Assembly (NCBI GenBank): GCA_965223845.1
Contig: CBDCXR010000004.1
Location: 5,536,001 to 5,600,000 of the forward strand
Length of the DNA stretch: 64,000 bases
Direction: 5' to 3'
Source: Planctomycetota bacterium
GTDB taxonomy: Bacteria; Planctomycetota; UBA8108; SXIK01
The notes below the pieces were generated by a model. The model had not been told where the DNA came from. It searched no databases and worked only from the letters and a program-made list of their open reading frames with translations. Position 1 is the first letter of the stretch; the number at the start of each line of letters is the position of its first letter. Below, in pieces: positions 50,176 to 59,700 of the stretch. The position numbers were made by a program, and so were the translations under genes.

Positions 50176-51588
50176 CTACTCACTCAACCGGTAAGCGCGC
50201 TTCGCGAGACCGTACGCGGAGTCGCAGACCATCGCCGCGGCGTCTTCCTCGTCGATCACGCCGCGGACCACGAGACCCGCGAGCCAGTTCGCGTCGACCC
50301 GTCGCCACACATCGTGCCGCGCCGGAATCGAGGGGAACGCTCGCGTATCATCGTTGAATCCGACCGTGTTGTAGAGCCCGGCCGTTTCGTGCACCTGCTC
50401 GCGGTAACGGATCATCCCCTCGATGCTGTCGTGAAACCACCACGGCGGGCCGAGCTTTACCGCGGGATAGTGGCCGGCGAGCGGCGCGAGCTCACGCGAA
50501 TACGTCGTCTCATCGAGAGTGAAGAGGATGAGTGTCAGCTCGCGGATGTTGCCGTAGCGGTCGAGGAGCGGCTTTAGATTCCGCGTGTACTCGGTCGCGG
50601 TCGGTATGTCGCAGCCCTTGTCCGCACCGAACTGGCGGAACACGGCTCGATTGTGGTTTCGGAACGAGCCCGAGTGGAGCTGCATGACGAGGCCGTCCTC
50701 GGTGCTCATGCGCGCCATCTCGGTGAGCATGTGCCCGGTGAATCGCCGGGCGTCGTCCTCGGACGCCTCGGAACGAAGCGCGCGCTGAAAGATCGCGTCG
50801 GCTTCGCCCTCGGAGAGAATCTCCGTGTAGGGCGTCGTCGCGCCGTGATCGGTCGCGGTCGCTCCCATATCACGAAAGAACTGCCGCCGGTTCTCGAGCG
50901 CGGCGACGAGCGCGCGGTAGCTTCCCACCTCGGTTCCCGTTCGCTCGCTGAGCCCGTCGATGCTCTCTCGCCAGCCGGGGGCATCGAGGTTGAGGACGGC
51001 GTCGGGCCGGAACGTCGGGAGAATGCGGCCGTTCCAATCGGAGTCGCAAATCCGCTGATGGTGGTCTAGCGAGTCGATCGCCGAGTCCGTCGTGCAGAGG
51101 ACCTCGATACCGAACTTCTCGAAGAGCGCCCGCGGACGAAACTCCGGCGAGGCGAGCTTCGCCGCGATCGCGTCGTAGATGTCTTGCCCCGTATCGCCGC
51201 TCAGCTTCTCGGTGATGCCGAAAACATCCTCGAGCTCGTGGCGGAGCCAGGCGCCGGTCGGCGTCCCGCGGAAGAGAAAGAAGTTCTCGGCGAAGATCTG
51301 CCAGATCTCGCGGTGATCCGTGGCGACGGGGCTTCCGTCGACGCTCGGAATCCCGAGCTCCTCGAGGGTGACGCCCTGCGAGTAGAGCATGCGAAATACG
51401 TAGTGATCGGGAATGAGGAGGAGATCGGTGGGCGTCCCGAACGAATAGTCGGGATCGCTGAACATCGCCGGATCCACGTGTCCGTGCGGGCAGACGAGAG
51501 GCAGCTCCCGCACCATGTCGTAGAGCTGCCGGGCAACGGCCTTTTGCGATGGTTCGGGACTGAAGTAGCGGTCTTCCGGTAGTTGCAT
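50176..51588 (-). CDS. uxaC: Glucuronate isomerase
   Basis: CPHGHVDP, PDHYVFRML, CTTD, PTFRPD, GPPWWFHD, GFNDDTRAFPSIPARHD. Confidence 0.95.
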   Translation of the reverse strand: MQLPEDRYFSPEPSQKAVARQLYDMVRELPLVCPHGHVDPAMFSDPDYSFGTPTDLLLIPDHYVFRMLYSQGVTLEELGIPSVDGSPVATDHREIWQIFAENFFLFRGTPTGAWLRHELEDVFGITEKLSGDTGQDIYDAIAAKLASPEFRPRALFEKFGIEVLCTTDSAIDSLDHHQRICDSDWNGRILPTFRPDAVLNLDAPGWRESIDGLSERTGTEVGSYRALVAALENRRQFFRDMGATATDHGATTPYTEILSEGEADAIFQRALRSEASEDDARRFTGHMLTEMARMSTEDGLVMQLHSGSFRNHNRAVFRQFGADKGCDIPTATEYTRNLKPLLDRYGNIRELTLILFTLDETTYSRELAPLAGHYPAVKLGPPWWFHDSIEGMIRYREQVHETAGLYNTVGFNDDTRAFPSIPARHDVWRRVDANWLAGLVVRGVIDEEDAAAMVCDSAYGLAKRAYRLSE

Positions 51589-51750
51589 GTCGCGTACGCG
51601 CTGGTTTTCGCGAGGGGAGGCGATCGTTACAATCTGCACAAGGTAGCCGACCCGGAGAGGCGAGGAAAAGTTTTTCGCGGCCACTCCACACGGCGACCGG
51701 TCGTTGTCGCGTAGAGAAAGTGACCGTCAACTGCGAAGGCTTTAGTCGCC

Positions 51751-52575
51751 GTGAATAGCTCGCTCGCCCGCTGCGTCGTCGCCGAGATCATCGGGACGTT
51801 CATTCTGATTTTCTTCGGCTGCGGTGTGCTCCACGTCGCCGTGACGATGGGCGCCGTGAGCGGTGTCCTTCAGGCCGGGCTCGTTTGGGGACTCGGCGTC
51901 GCTCTCGCCGTGTACGCGGTCGGTCACGTGAGCGGCGCGCATATCAATCCCGCCGTGACCGCGGCGATGGCTCTTTGGGGTGGGTTTCCTCGCGACCGCG
52001 TTCTTCCCTACTGGGTCGCGCAATTCGTCGGCGCCGCGCTCGCCGCCGCGGTGATCTATCTGCTCTTCTCACCGACGATCGCCGCGTACGAAGCAGCCGA
52101 AGGGATCGTGCGCGGAAGCGCGGCGAGTGTCGTCACCGCGAGCATGTACGGCGAGTACTTCCCGAATCCGACCGTCGCTCTCCACGGCGTCGACGCCGCG
52201 AACTACCCTCACGTCCCGGTGTACGGGGCGATGCTGATGGAGATCGTCGGGACGGCGATCCTCTGCTTCATGGTGTTCGCGCTCTCCGATTCCGAACGCA
52301 ACAGCGGTGCGCCGGGCGCGAATCTCGCTCCCGTTCTCATCGGCCTCACCGTCGCCGCGCTCATCGTAGTCTTCGGACCGCAGACTCAGGCGTGTCTCAA
52401 TCCCGCGCGCGACTTCGGACCGAGATTCGTGGCTTACTTCGCCGGTTGGGGCGAAATCGCGTTTCCCGGACCTCGAGGTGCGGGCGCGACGCTCCTAGTC
52501 TATCTCGTCTCGCCGCTCCTCGGGGGATGCCTCGGCGGGGCGATCTACACGAAGGTGCTCCGGACGAATCCCTAA
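51751..52575 (+). CDS. MIP family channel (aquaglyceroporin-like)
   Basis: AEIIGT, SGAHINPAVT, CLNPARDFGPR. Confidence 0.93.
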   Translation: MNSSLARCVVAEIIGTFILIFFGCGVLHVAVTMGAVSGVLQAGLVWGLGVALAVYAVGHVSGAHINPAVTAAMALWGGFPRDRVLPYWVAQFVGAALAAAVIYLLFSPTIAAYEAAEGIVRGSAASVVTASMYGEYFPNPTVALHGVDAANYPHVPVYGAMLMEIVGTAILCFMVFALSDSERNSGAPGANLAPVLIGLTVAALIVVFGPQTQACLNPARDFGPRFVAYFAGWGEIAFPGPRGAGATLLVYLVSPLLGGCLGGAIYTKVLRTNP

Positions 52576-52710
52576 CTTGGATTCCTCACCAGGTTCTACT
52601 GCGCCACCGTATGTCGCGAACTGAGCATCGGATGTGTCGCCAACCTGATCCGGTTATGCATGCTGCAGGTTGAACGCTAGGCGGGAGACGTACGGGAACC
52701 GATGGCTTGG

Positions 52711-52856
52711 AGATCCCGTAGACGTTTCCGTTCTCGAACCGGCGGCGAAAACGACGCCGATGGACAGAGATTCCGTCGCCGGTGGGAAGACCGTGGTGGG
52801 GAAGCGAGGAGAAAGCTCGTCGGGAACCGGTACGGAATCGAAATCGTCTACGGAGG
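52711..52856 (+). ncRNA. Candidate structured GGA-rich RNA
   Basis: Closing stem CCGTAGACG/CGTCTACGG, internal stems with G-U pairs favouring the + strand, eight GGA motifs. Confidence 0.35.
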
Positions 52857-52871
52857 CGCTACGAAACGAGC

Positions 52872-53774
52872 TCAGCGGTCGGTATCGGGCGGCGGGAGTT
52901 GATCCTCATCGCCTCCCGCAGCGGGAGGGGTCTTGAGGGTTTCGAGAACGTCGGTGAGCGCGTTTTCTTCCGCGGCCTCGAAGTGACGCGTGCTGCAAAG
53001 GAAGCCATCGATCGCGAATCCATCCCACTCGAAGCGCCGAACGCGACACGGATCGAACGCGATGCACCAGCACGCCGGATCCGTTCCCACGCGAAAGAAC
53101 ACGCGCTCGAACGCATCGAGAAGAAGAGTGAGCTCCACCCCGGTCAGAAGACGCGGTTCCTGCACGACCTCGATCAGACATCCCGGCGGGTCACCCACCC
53201 ACTCGGGGATGCACTCACCGCCGGGCGGCGGCTCTTCGACGACCGCGAGCGTACTGTGTTCGAGCTCGTACCCCTCGTCGGTTTCGCGGATCGTCGCGTG
53301 CAGGATCGACTCGTTCTCGGGGCAGAACCCGAGCCCCGGTCCCTGGCGGTAGGTGAAGACTTCGAACGCGGAGAAGTCGCGGGATTCCGTCGCCGGCTCA
53401 CAGGGGAGAAACGACTCGCAGGAAAGCTCGTCGTTCGAGGTCGGATCGCGTCCGCATTCGTTCGGTCCCGGCGCGGGGATCTCTCCCTGTCCGCCGAAGA
53501 GAACATTCAGCGCGAACGTGGCGTCCGCGATGTTCACGCGCCCGGAGTCATCGGTGTCGGCGGCGTCGAGGCACGAGGGGGTGTCTCCGTCGGCGAAGAG
53601 GAAATTGAGGGTAAAGACCGGATCGGCGATGTTGAATCCGCCGTCGGCGTTCGAGTCCCCACGAGTGAAGATGGGACACTCGAAATCGAAGCCCGCCGTC
53701 GCGGCGGACGAGGCCGCGAGTGAGAGAGCGACGGACGCGAGAGTGACACGAAGAGATCGGTCGAATCGATTCAT
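52872..53774 (-). CDS. Secreted protein with N-terminal dockerin-like domain and Cys-rich domain of unknown function
   Basis: Signal peptide; FTRGDSNADGGFNIADP...CLDAADTDDSGRVNIAD; ATGA overlap with the upstream gene. Confidence 0.85.
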   Translation of the reverse strand: MNRFDRSLRVTLASVALSLAASSAATAGFDFECPIFTRGDSNADGGFNIADPVFTLNFLFADGDTPSCLDAADTDDSGRVNIADATFALNVLFGGQGEIPAPGPNECGRDPTSNDELSCESFLPCEPATESRDFSAFEVFTYRQGPGLGFCPENESILHATIRETDEGYELEHSTLAVVEEPPPGGECIPEWVGDPPGCLIEVVQEPRLLTGVELTLLLDAFERVFFRVGTDPACWCIAFDPCRVRRFEWDGFAIDGFLCSTRHFEAAEENALTDVLETLKTPPAAGGDEDQLPPPDTDR

Positions 53775-55396
53775 GGTGCTTCCTCCGGTGGACAGGACGT
53801 CTGCCGGCACGCCACCCCGCCCGAAGGGGCGGTTCCGCATTCGGCGAATGGCTCGACCGGTGGTGATCCGCTGGCGAAGAGGTAGTTGAGGAGATAGGTC
53901 GGATCAGCGATGTTGCGGCCTCCGTCGCCGTTGACGTCGGCGGTGTCGAGACAGACCGGCGGCGCGCCGTCCTGAAAGAGCCAATTGAGCTCGAAGATCG
54001 CGTCGCTCACGTTCACCGAGCCGTCGTCGTTGACGTCGCCGCGCTGGAACGGAGCCGACTTCTCGGCGAGGACGAGGCCACCCCGAGCGCGCGGCACGAC
54101 CGTCCCGTCGGGAATCACGGCGGTGACGGCGACGACGGGCTCGCCGAGATGGCTACAAAACTCGACCTCGTAGACTTCGCCGAGAACGGCTTCGGGACCT
54201 GGCGAGAAGTGAGCGTTGAGGACCGCGTGGGGATGCGCGCCGGAGGGCTGAGGCCAGCTCTTCACCCCGCCGACGACGACCTCCATCGTGAGTCCTCCGT
54301 CCATCGTGTCGTACGCAACGAAGTCGTCTGCGCCGGTGAGGTTCGCCGTTACGGTATCGTCGAGATCGACTCCGGCCGCGACGAGATGCGCAGGATCCGC
54401 GCACAGTCCGAACGACCAACCGCCGACTGCGAAGTCGTTTTCGAGCAGGACGCGCACGCTCGACGACACGGGCGGGAGCTCGGGTGGACGCTGACCCGGC
54501 CCCGGACTCGGAAGCCGGATCGGCAGGATCGGATCGAGGGAGAGCCGGACGGCATCGGAAATCCCCCCGAGATCGACGAAGCACGCGATCGGAACGCTGC
54601 TCTCGTCTGCGATCCACGCGACGATGTTGTAAACGTGAACCCCCGGACCCGGCTCGTTGTCGATGACCGACATCGCGTCGCCCTCGAGACGCGCGAACTC
54701 GCGCCCGTCCTTCGCGACGACGATCTGTTCGTACTCGACGGGGTTCGTCCAAGTGACGAGCACGCACTCGGGCTCTTTCTCCTGGATGTGGCACTCGACA
54801 TCGAGCGGTGCAGGTACCGGCTCACCGAACTCGACGCGCACGTCGCAGCTTCCGACGAGAAAGCGCTCTTCTCCGCCCGCGACGACCGCGAGCACGGTGT
54901 AGTGGTGCTCACCGCCGGTGCCGGGGGCATCGAGAAAGCTGAAGGTCTCGGCATCGACCGTCGCAATGTCTTCGCGATTCCGGCGGACGACGAATCCGTC
55001 GATCGCGATGTCGATCGGAAGCGGATCCCAGTCGACCGAAACCATGTGGCGCACAACATGACAGCGGACGCCGAACCCAGTCTCGACCGTGACCGCGCAC
55101 GAAGCGACAAGCTCGAACTCCTCCTCCGAAAGGCCGGAGACGAGCTCGTAGAGGTACTCTCCGGGAGGTACGTCCTTCTCGAAGACGTGAAACTCCTCGG
55201 GCGGATACTCGCCTCGAAACTCGCCGTTACGGAAGAGCTTGAGCGGATCGGCGATCGCGATGGGAGGCGGCTGGACCCAGTCGATGTACACGCCGTCGCC
55301 GTCCACTTCGCACGCGAAATCGTCCTGGCCGAAGGTCGGCGCCGTCAACAAGGCGCCGACCGCGGCGAGCATCCACACCCCTGCGCGCTTGACCAT
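53771..55396 (-). CDS. Secreted protein: three Ig/FN3-like modules + cohesin-like domain + dockerin-like domain
   Basis: Repeated C...V.V.W...RNG/KDG...Y...C modules; VRVLLEN..VGGWSFGL..D; FQRGDVNDDGSVNVSD...CLDTADVNGDG. Confidence 0.85.
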   Translation of the reverse strand: MVKRAGVWMLAAVGALLTAPTFGQDDFACEVDGDGVYIDWVQPPPIAIADPLKLFRNGEFRGEYPPEEFHVFEKDVPPGEYLYELVSGLSEEEFELVASCAVTVETGFGVRCHVVRHMVSVDWDPLPIDIAIDGFVVRRNREDIATVDAETFSFLDAPGTGGEHHYTVLAVVAGGEERFLVGSCDVRVEFGEPVPAPLDVECHIQEKEPECVLVTWTNPVEYEQIVVAKDGREFARLEGDAMSVIDNEPGPGVHVYNIVAWIADESSVPIACFVDLGGISDAVRLSLDPILPIRLPSPGPGQRPPELPPVSSSVRVLLENDFAVGGWSFGLCADPAHLVAAGVDLDDTVTANLTGADDFVAYDTMDGGLTMEVVVGGVKSWPQPSGAHPHAVLNAHFSPGPEAVLGEVYEVEFCSHLGEPVVAVTAVIPDGTVVPRARGGLVLAEKSAPFQRGDVNDDGSVNVSDAIFELNWLFQDGAPPVCLDTADVNGDGGRNIADPTYLLNYLFASGSPPVEPFAECGTAPSGGVACRQTSCPPEEAP

Positions 55397-55498
55397 TCGT
55401 CATCCTCGCGTTCGACCTCGATTCACGGTCAAGTCTATCGCTCCCCCTGAGTGCCGCCAAAAAAAAGGCGCGCCGAGGACTAGCTTCTCGCAGCGCCG

Positions 55499-56524
55499 TC
55501 ACCACTCGAGAATGACCTTCCCGGCTCGCCCCTCCCGCATGGCCGCGAATCCCTCCTCGAACGCGGAGACGGGCAGCCGATGCGTGATCACCGAGTCGAT
55601 TTCGAGCCCGCTCTCGAGCATGCTCACCATCTTGTACCAAGTCTCGTACATCTCGCGCCCGTAGACTCCCTTCACGATGAGTCCCTTGAAGATCACGAGG
55701 CTCCAATCGATCGAGACGTGATCGGAGAAGATGCCGAGCGAGGCGATCCGCCCGCCGTGATTCATGTTCGCGAGCATGTCGCCGAATGCCTGCGTGTTTC
55801 CCGACATTTCGAGGCCGACGTCGAAGCCTTCGTTCATTCCGAGATCCGTCATGACGTCGGGAAGCGCCGTCTCCTTGGCATTGATGGCGGTGGCAACTTG
55901 CATCCGGCGGACGATATTCAGTCGATACTCATTCACGTCCGTCACGACGACGTGGCGAGCACCGACGTGACGTGCGATCGCCGCCGCCATGATTCCGATC
56001 GGACCGGCGCCCGTAATCAGGACGTCTTCGCCGACGAGATCGAACGAGAGCGCGGTGTGCGTTGCGTTTCCGAACGGATCGAAGATGGAAGCGAGCTCAG
56101 GATCGATCCCCGGAACTCGGAACACATTCCCCGCGGGGATCGCCAAGTAGTCCGCGAAACATCCCGGACGTTGGATCCCGACGCCGAGCGTGTTCCGGCA
56201 GAGATGTCTTCGGCCGGCGCGGCAGTTTCGGCACGTCCCACAGGTGATGTGCCCTTCTCCGGTCACCGGATCACCGGGCTCGACGCCCTTCACCTCATCG
56301 CCGACCGCTTCGACGAGGCCGAAGAATTCGTGGCCGACGGGCATCGAAAGATCTTCGATCGTCTTCGCCGCCCACGGATCCCACTCATAGATGTGGAGAT
56401 CCGTCCCGCAGATCGCACTTTTTTCGATGCGGACGAGAACGTCGTTCGGGCCGTAGTGCGGACGTTCCGCGTTCTCAACGAGAACGAGACCCGGCGCGGC
56501 GTTCCTCTTGATGAGTGCTCTCAC
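55499..56524 (-). CDS. tdh: L-threonine 3-dehydrogenase
   Basis: [55 protein letters not shown]. Confidence 0.95.
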   Translation of the reverse strand: MRALIKRNAAPGLVLVENAERPHYGPNDVLVRIEKSAICGTDLHIYEWDPWAAKTIEDLSMPVGHEFFGLVEAVGDEVKGVEPGDPVTGEGHITCGTCRNCRAGRRHLCRNTLGVGIQRPGCFADYLAIPAGNVFRVPGIDPELASIFDPFGNATHTALSFDLVGEDVLITGAGPIGIMAAAIARHVGARHVVVTDVNEYRLNIVRRMQVATAINAKETALPDVMTDLGMNEGFDVGLEMSGNTQAFGDMLANMNHGGRIASLGIFSDHVSIDWSLVIFKGLIVKGVYGREMYETWYKMVSMLESGLEIDSVITHRLPVSAFEEGFAAMREGRAGKVILEW

Positions 56525-56591
56525 TTCTCTGCGCTCTTCTTTTGCGATTTGTGTTTTGGAGTGGGGCTTCGGGCGTCTTTGAGGAAGGATT

Positions 56592-56761
56592 ACACGAAGG
56601 ACGCGAAGACCCGCGAACGAAGACGAAGGAAGATCGTATTTGGAGGAGAGTCGGAACGAGACGAAAAGGCCGCGGCACCGCGTCGCCTCTTCTGCCCTCC
56701 TCTCTCATCATTCTCGTTTCTTATCTTCCTCTGCCTTCGCGGGTCTTCGCGTCCTTCGTGT
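56592..56761. repeat. Palindromic REP/MITE-like element with 26-bp perfect inverted arms
   Basis: ACACGAAGGACGCGAAGACCCGCGAA (56592-56617) / TTCGCGGGTCTTCGCGTCCTTCGTGT (56736-56761). Confidence 0.85.
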
Positions 56762-56788
56762 GAATCTCCCCATCGGAGCGCTCGAAAA

Positions 56789-59700
56789 CTAAGGACAAAC
56801 GAGTCCATCCCCGGTCGGATCGAGTCCCGGTCCCGGATAGGGCGGCGGCGGCGCGTCGCCGTCCCCAAAAAGGAAGAAGAGCGAGTACAGCGGGTCGGAG
56901 ATATTGAGCACGCCGTCGTCGTTCGAGTCCATCCGATCGCGGCACGCCGGCCCCGATCCCGACGCAAAGAGCCAGTCGAGCGTCCGAATCGCGTCGGCGA
57001 TCGTGAGCGTTCCGTCCTCGTCCGCATCGCCGCGACGGAACGGAGTCGTCGGCGTCTCCTCGAACGAGATCGCGCCCATATCGCTCTGGTCGAGTCCCGT
57101 CGCGATGCACGGTGAGCCGGGCCGGAGGGAGTAATCGCCCGCAAGGACGTCGCGGAAGAGCGGGTCGAGCGAGATGTTCCCGAGTCCCGGCCAGAGGGCG
57201 TCCGAGATGTTCGAGTAGGAAAACTCGACCGTAGAGAGATCATCGAGCTTGACGTCGATCCCGTTGTTCCAAGAGATCGTGCTGTGAAAGATGCCGTGCC
57301 CGCCGTCCGGGGCGCCGTCCTTCGAGAAGAGATTGATCCCCTCTTGATTCCCGACGAGCGTGTTGTGATGACTGTTTTCGACGGTGACGCCATTCTTGAG
57401 CGCCATCGCGGTGCCGCAGTTGTAGATCAGATTCCCGCTCACCGAAGGCGCACCGAGCGGACCGTTCCCTTCGAGAGAGAGCGCCTTGTCCTGGATGTTC
57501 ACGAAGACGTTGTCGCGGATGTCAACGCTCGTCCGGCCGAGGTCGATCCCGTCGTCCGATCCGTCGATGAACGTACAGCCCTCGATCCGCGAGCGCTCGG
57601 TTCCGTTTCCGTCGAAGTCGATCGCGTCCTTGTCGCCGGCCATCTCTTCGAAGCGGCATCCGAGGATGATCACGGTCGAGTCGGTGCCGTGGACACCCTC
57701 CTGGATGTGCTTGAATTCGCTGTCGAGAACTTCGAGCCGAGAATCGACCCCGTCGATCGCGTTCGTCGTGAGGCGCGTGAATCGACAGTCCTCGACGAGG
57801 ATCTTCGCGTTCGTCGGTGCGATGTGGCCGGCGAATCCCGCCGGCTCGTCGCCAAAATCGAACTCGCAGTAGCGGAAGACGTGCGTGAAGCTCGCGGGCG
57901 ATGTTCCCGTTCCCTCGATCCCGATCCCGCCCCACCGGCCGTCGCAGGTTCCCGCACGAAAGACGACCGGCGCGGCGGCCGTGCCCTCGGCGAAGATGCG
58001 ACCGTCGACGAGGATGGAGACGCCCGGATCGCCGAAGATCTCCGTGCCCGACTCGATCGAGAGGGATCCGCCCGCTGGAACCGTCACGTCGGCGGTCAGG
58101 CGATAGGGACCACCGTCCGCGGTCCAGGTCACATCGCCGGCGAGAGTTCCGCTGACGAGCGTAAATCCGCCGGTGATGCGGCGGACGTCGACATCGATCG
58201 ATTCAACGGGATCGCCGCGGGTGTCGATCGAAGTGACCTCGAAGCGGTTGTCGCCGACATCGACTGAGACGAGCGCGCTCCAGCGAGCCGCCATCGCGTC
58301 CCAGTCGACATCGATGCCGTCGATCTGAACTCCGGTTGCCCCACAGGCGTCGGCGGTACCCGTGAGAAGTACAGTCGGCTGAGTGGTGTAGATCTTCTCG
58401 CCGCAGCCCACGCCCTGCGATGACTCCGCACCGAAGCGAAGCATCGGCGAGAGAGAGAAATCCGTCGAGTCGAGGGTTCCATTGAGCCCGACGATCGCGA
58501 GCACGTTCGTGCCTTCTTCGACCACGTTCGCAAACGGAGATAGATCGAAAAACTCGACTCCGTCAGCCTCGTGGCTCCCGTCCGCGGTGTCGCCGTGTGC
58601 GATCGGATCCCCCGGAGCGCCGACGTTGTTCCGGGCCACTTCCACGCCGTTGAGGAATGCGACGAACGCGTCATCGTAATTGATCGCCAGCTCGAGATTG
58701 CCGAAGAGCACGGGGTCCGCGACGTCGAACGCCCGGCGAATGTAGACGGTCGAGTAGCCGCCCCGCATATCGAGGAGCTCGGTCGCGTCGTCGCCGTCGC
58801 CGTACCCGAATCCGCTTCGTCCGGCCTCCCAGCCGGCGTCGTCGAAATCTACGGTCGTCCACGCTAGCGTTCCACCCGACGGCTCCGCATCCCCGCGGAC
58901 GTACATCCACGTCTCGCCCCAATCGATGATCGCGTCTCCCATCGCGGAGCCGGTCCCGCCGCCGAGGCGCTGCGGGATGTTCTCGTCGAAGAACCCGATG
59001 CGCGCCGTGATGAACTGATCGATGCCGTCGATGGTCCCAAAACCGAACAACGGTTCGATCAGACGAAAGCGTTGGCGAGTTTCGAGGCGCGAAAACACGC
59101 CGAACCGCAGATCGAGGAGGTTGCAGTAGTAGAGCCGCGCGAATCGCGGGTGCGTGAGGAACCGCCGTACGGTTTGGAGCTGCGAGCGAAAGAGCGGCTC
59201 GGTGCGGTTCTCGTAGGTTTCCTCGATGTCCCAGGGAATCAGCACCCACCGTCCGGCGTCGGGTCGAGTCGATCCGGGCGGGACGTGGTAGAGCGAGTAG
59301 TCTTCGCCGCTTCGATTTTGGATCGAGCCGTCGGCATTGGAGAGACACGCCTGCAGCGCGAAGAACCGCGCCCATTGATCGACGTCGATGAGCTGCTCCA
59401 GGCGATCGGCGAACTCCTCGTCGGACGTTTCGTCGGGATCGAACGCGCGCGTCAACTCGACGACGTCCGAATAATCGTCTTCCTCGCGGTTGCTCGACTT
59501 TCGGTAGTAGAGACGATAGCTCTCGGGGTCCGGACCGAGATAACGGAGATCCGCCTCGAACGGCGTATCGGGCTCGGAGGGATCGAGCGCGCGGTAGAGG
59601 TTACCGTTCGAACGTGCACCGGGGCCGTAGTACCGGTCGAGGAAATCCTGATCGAGCCGCTCCTTGCGAATGTAGCGCTCGTCGAGATCGCCGCGGACAG

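Noticed and set aside
52621-52672. TPP riboswitch-like CTGAG...AACCTGATCCGGTTAT
   Set aside because: The P5 partner strand and the rest of the fold are missing and no same-strand gene follows; a CAACCTG/CAGGTTG inverted repeat explains it better
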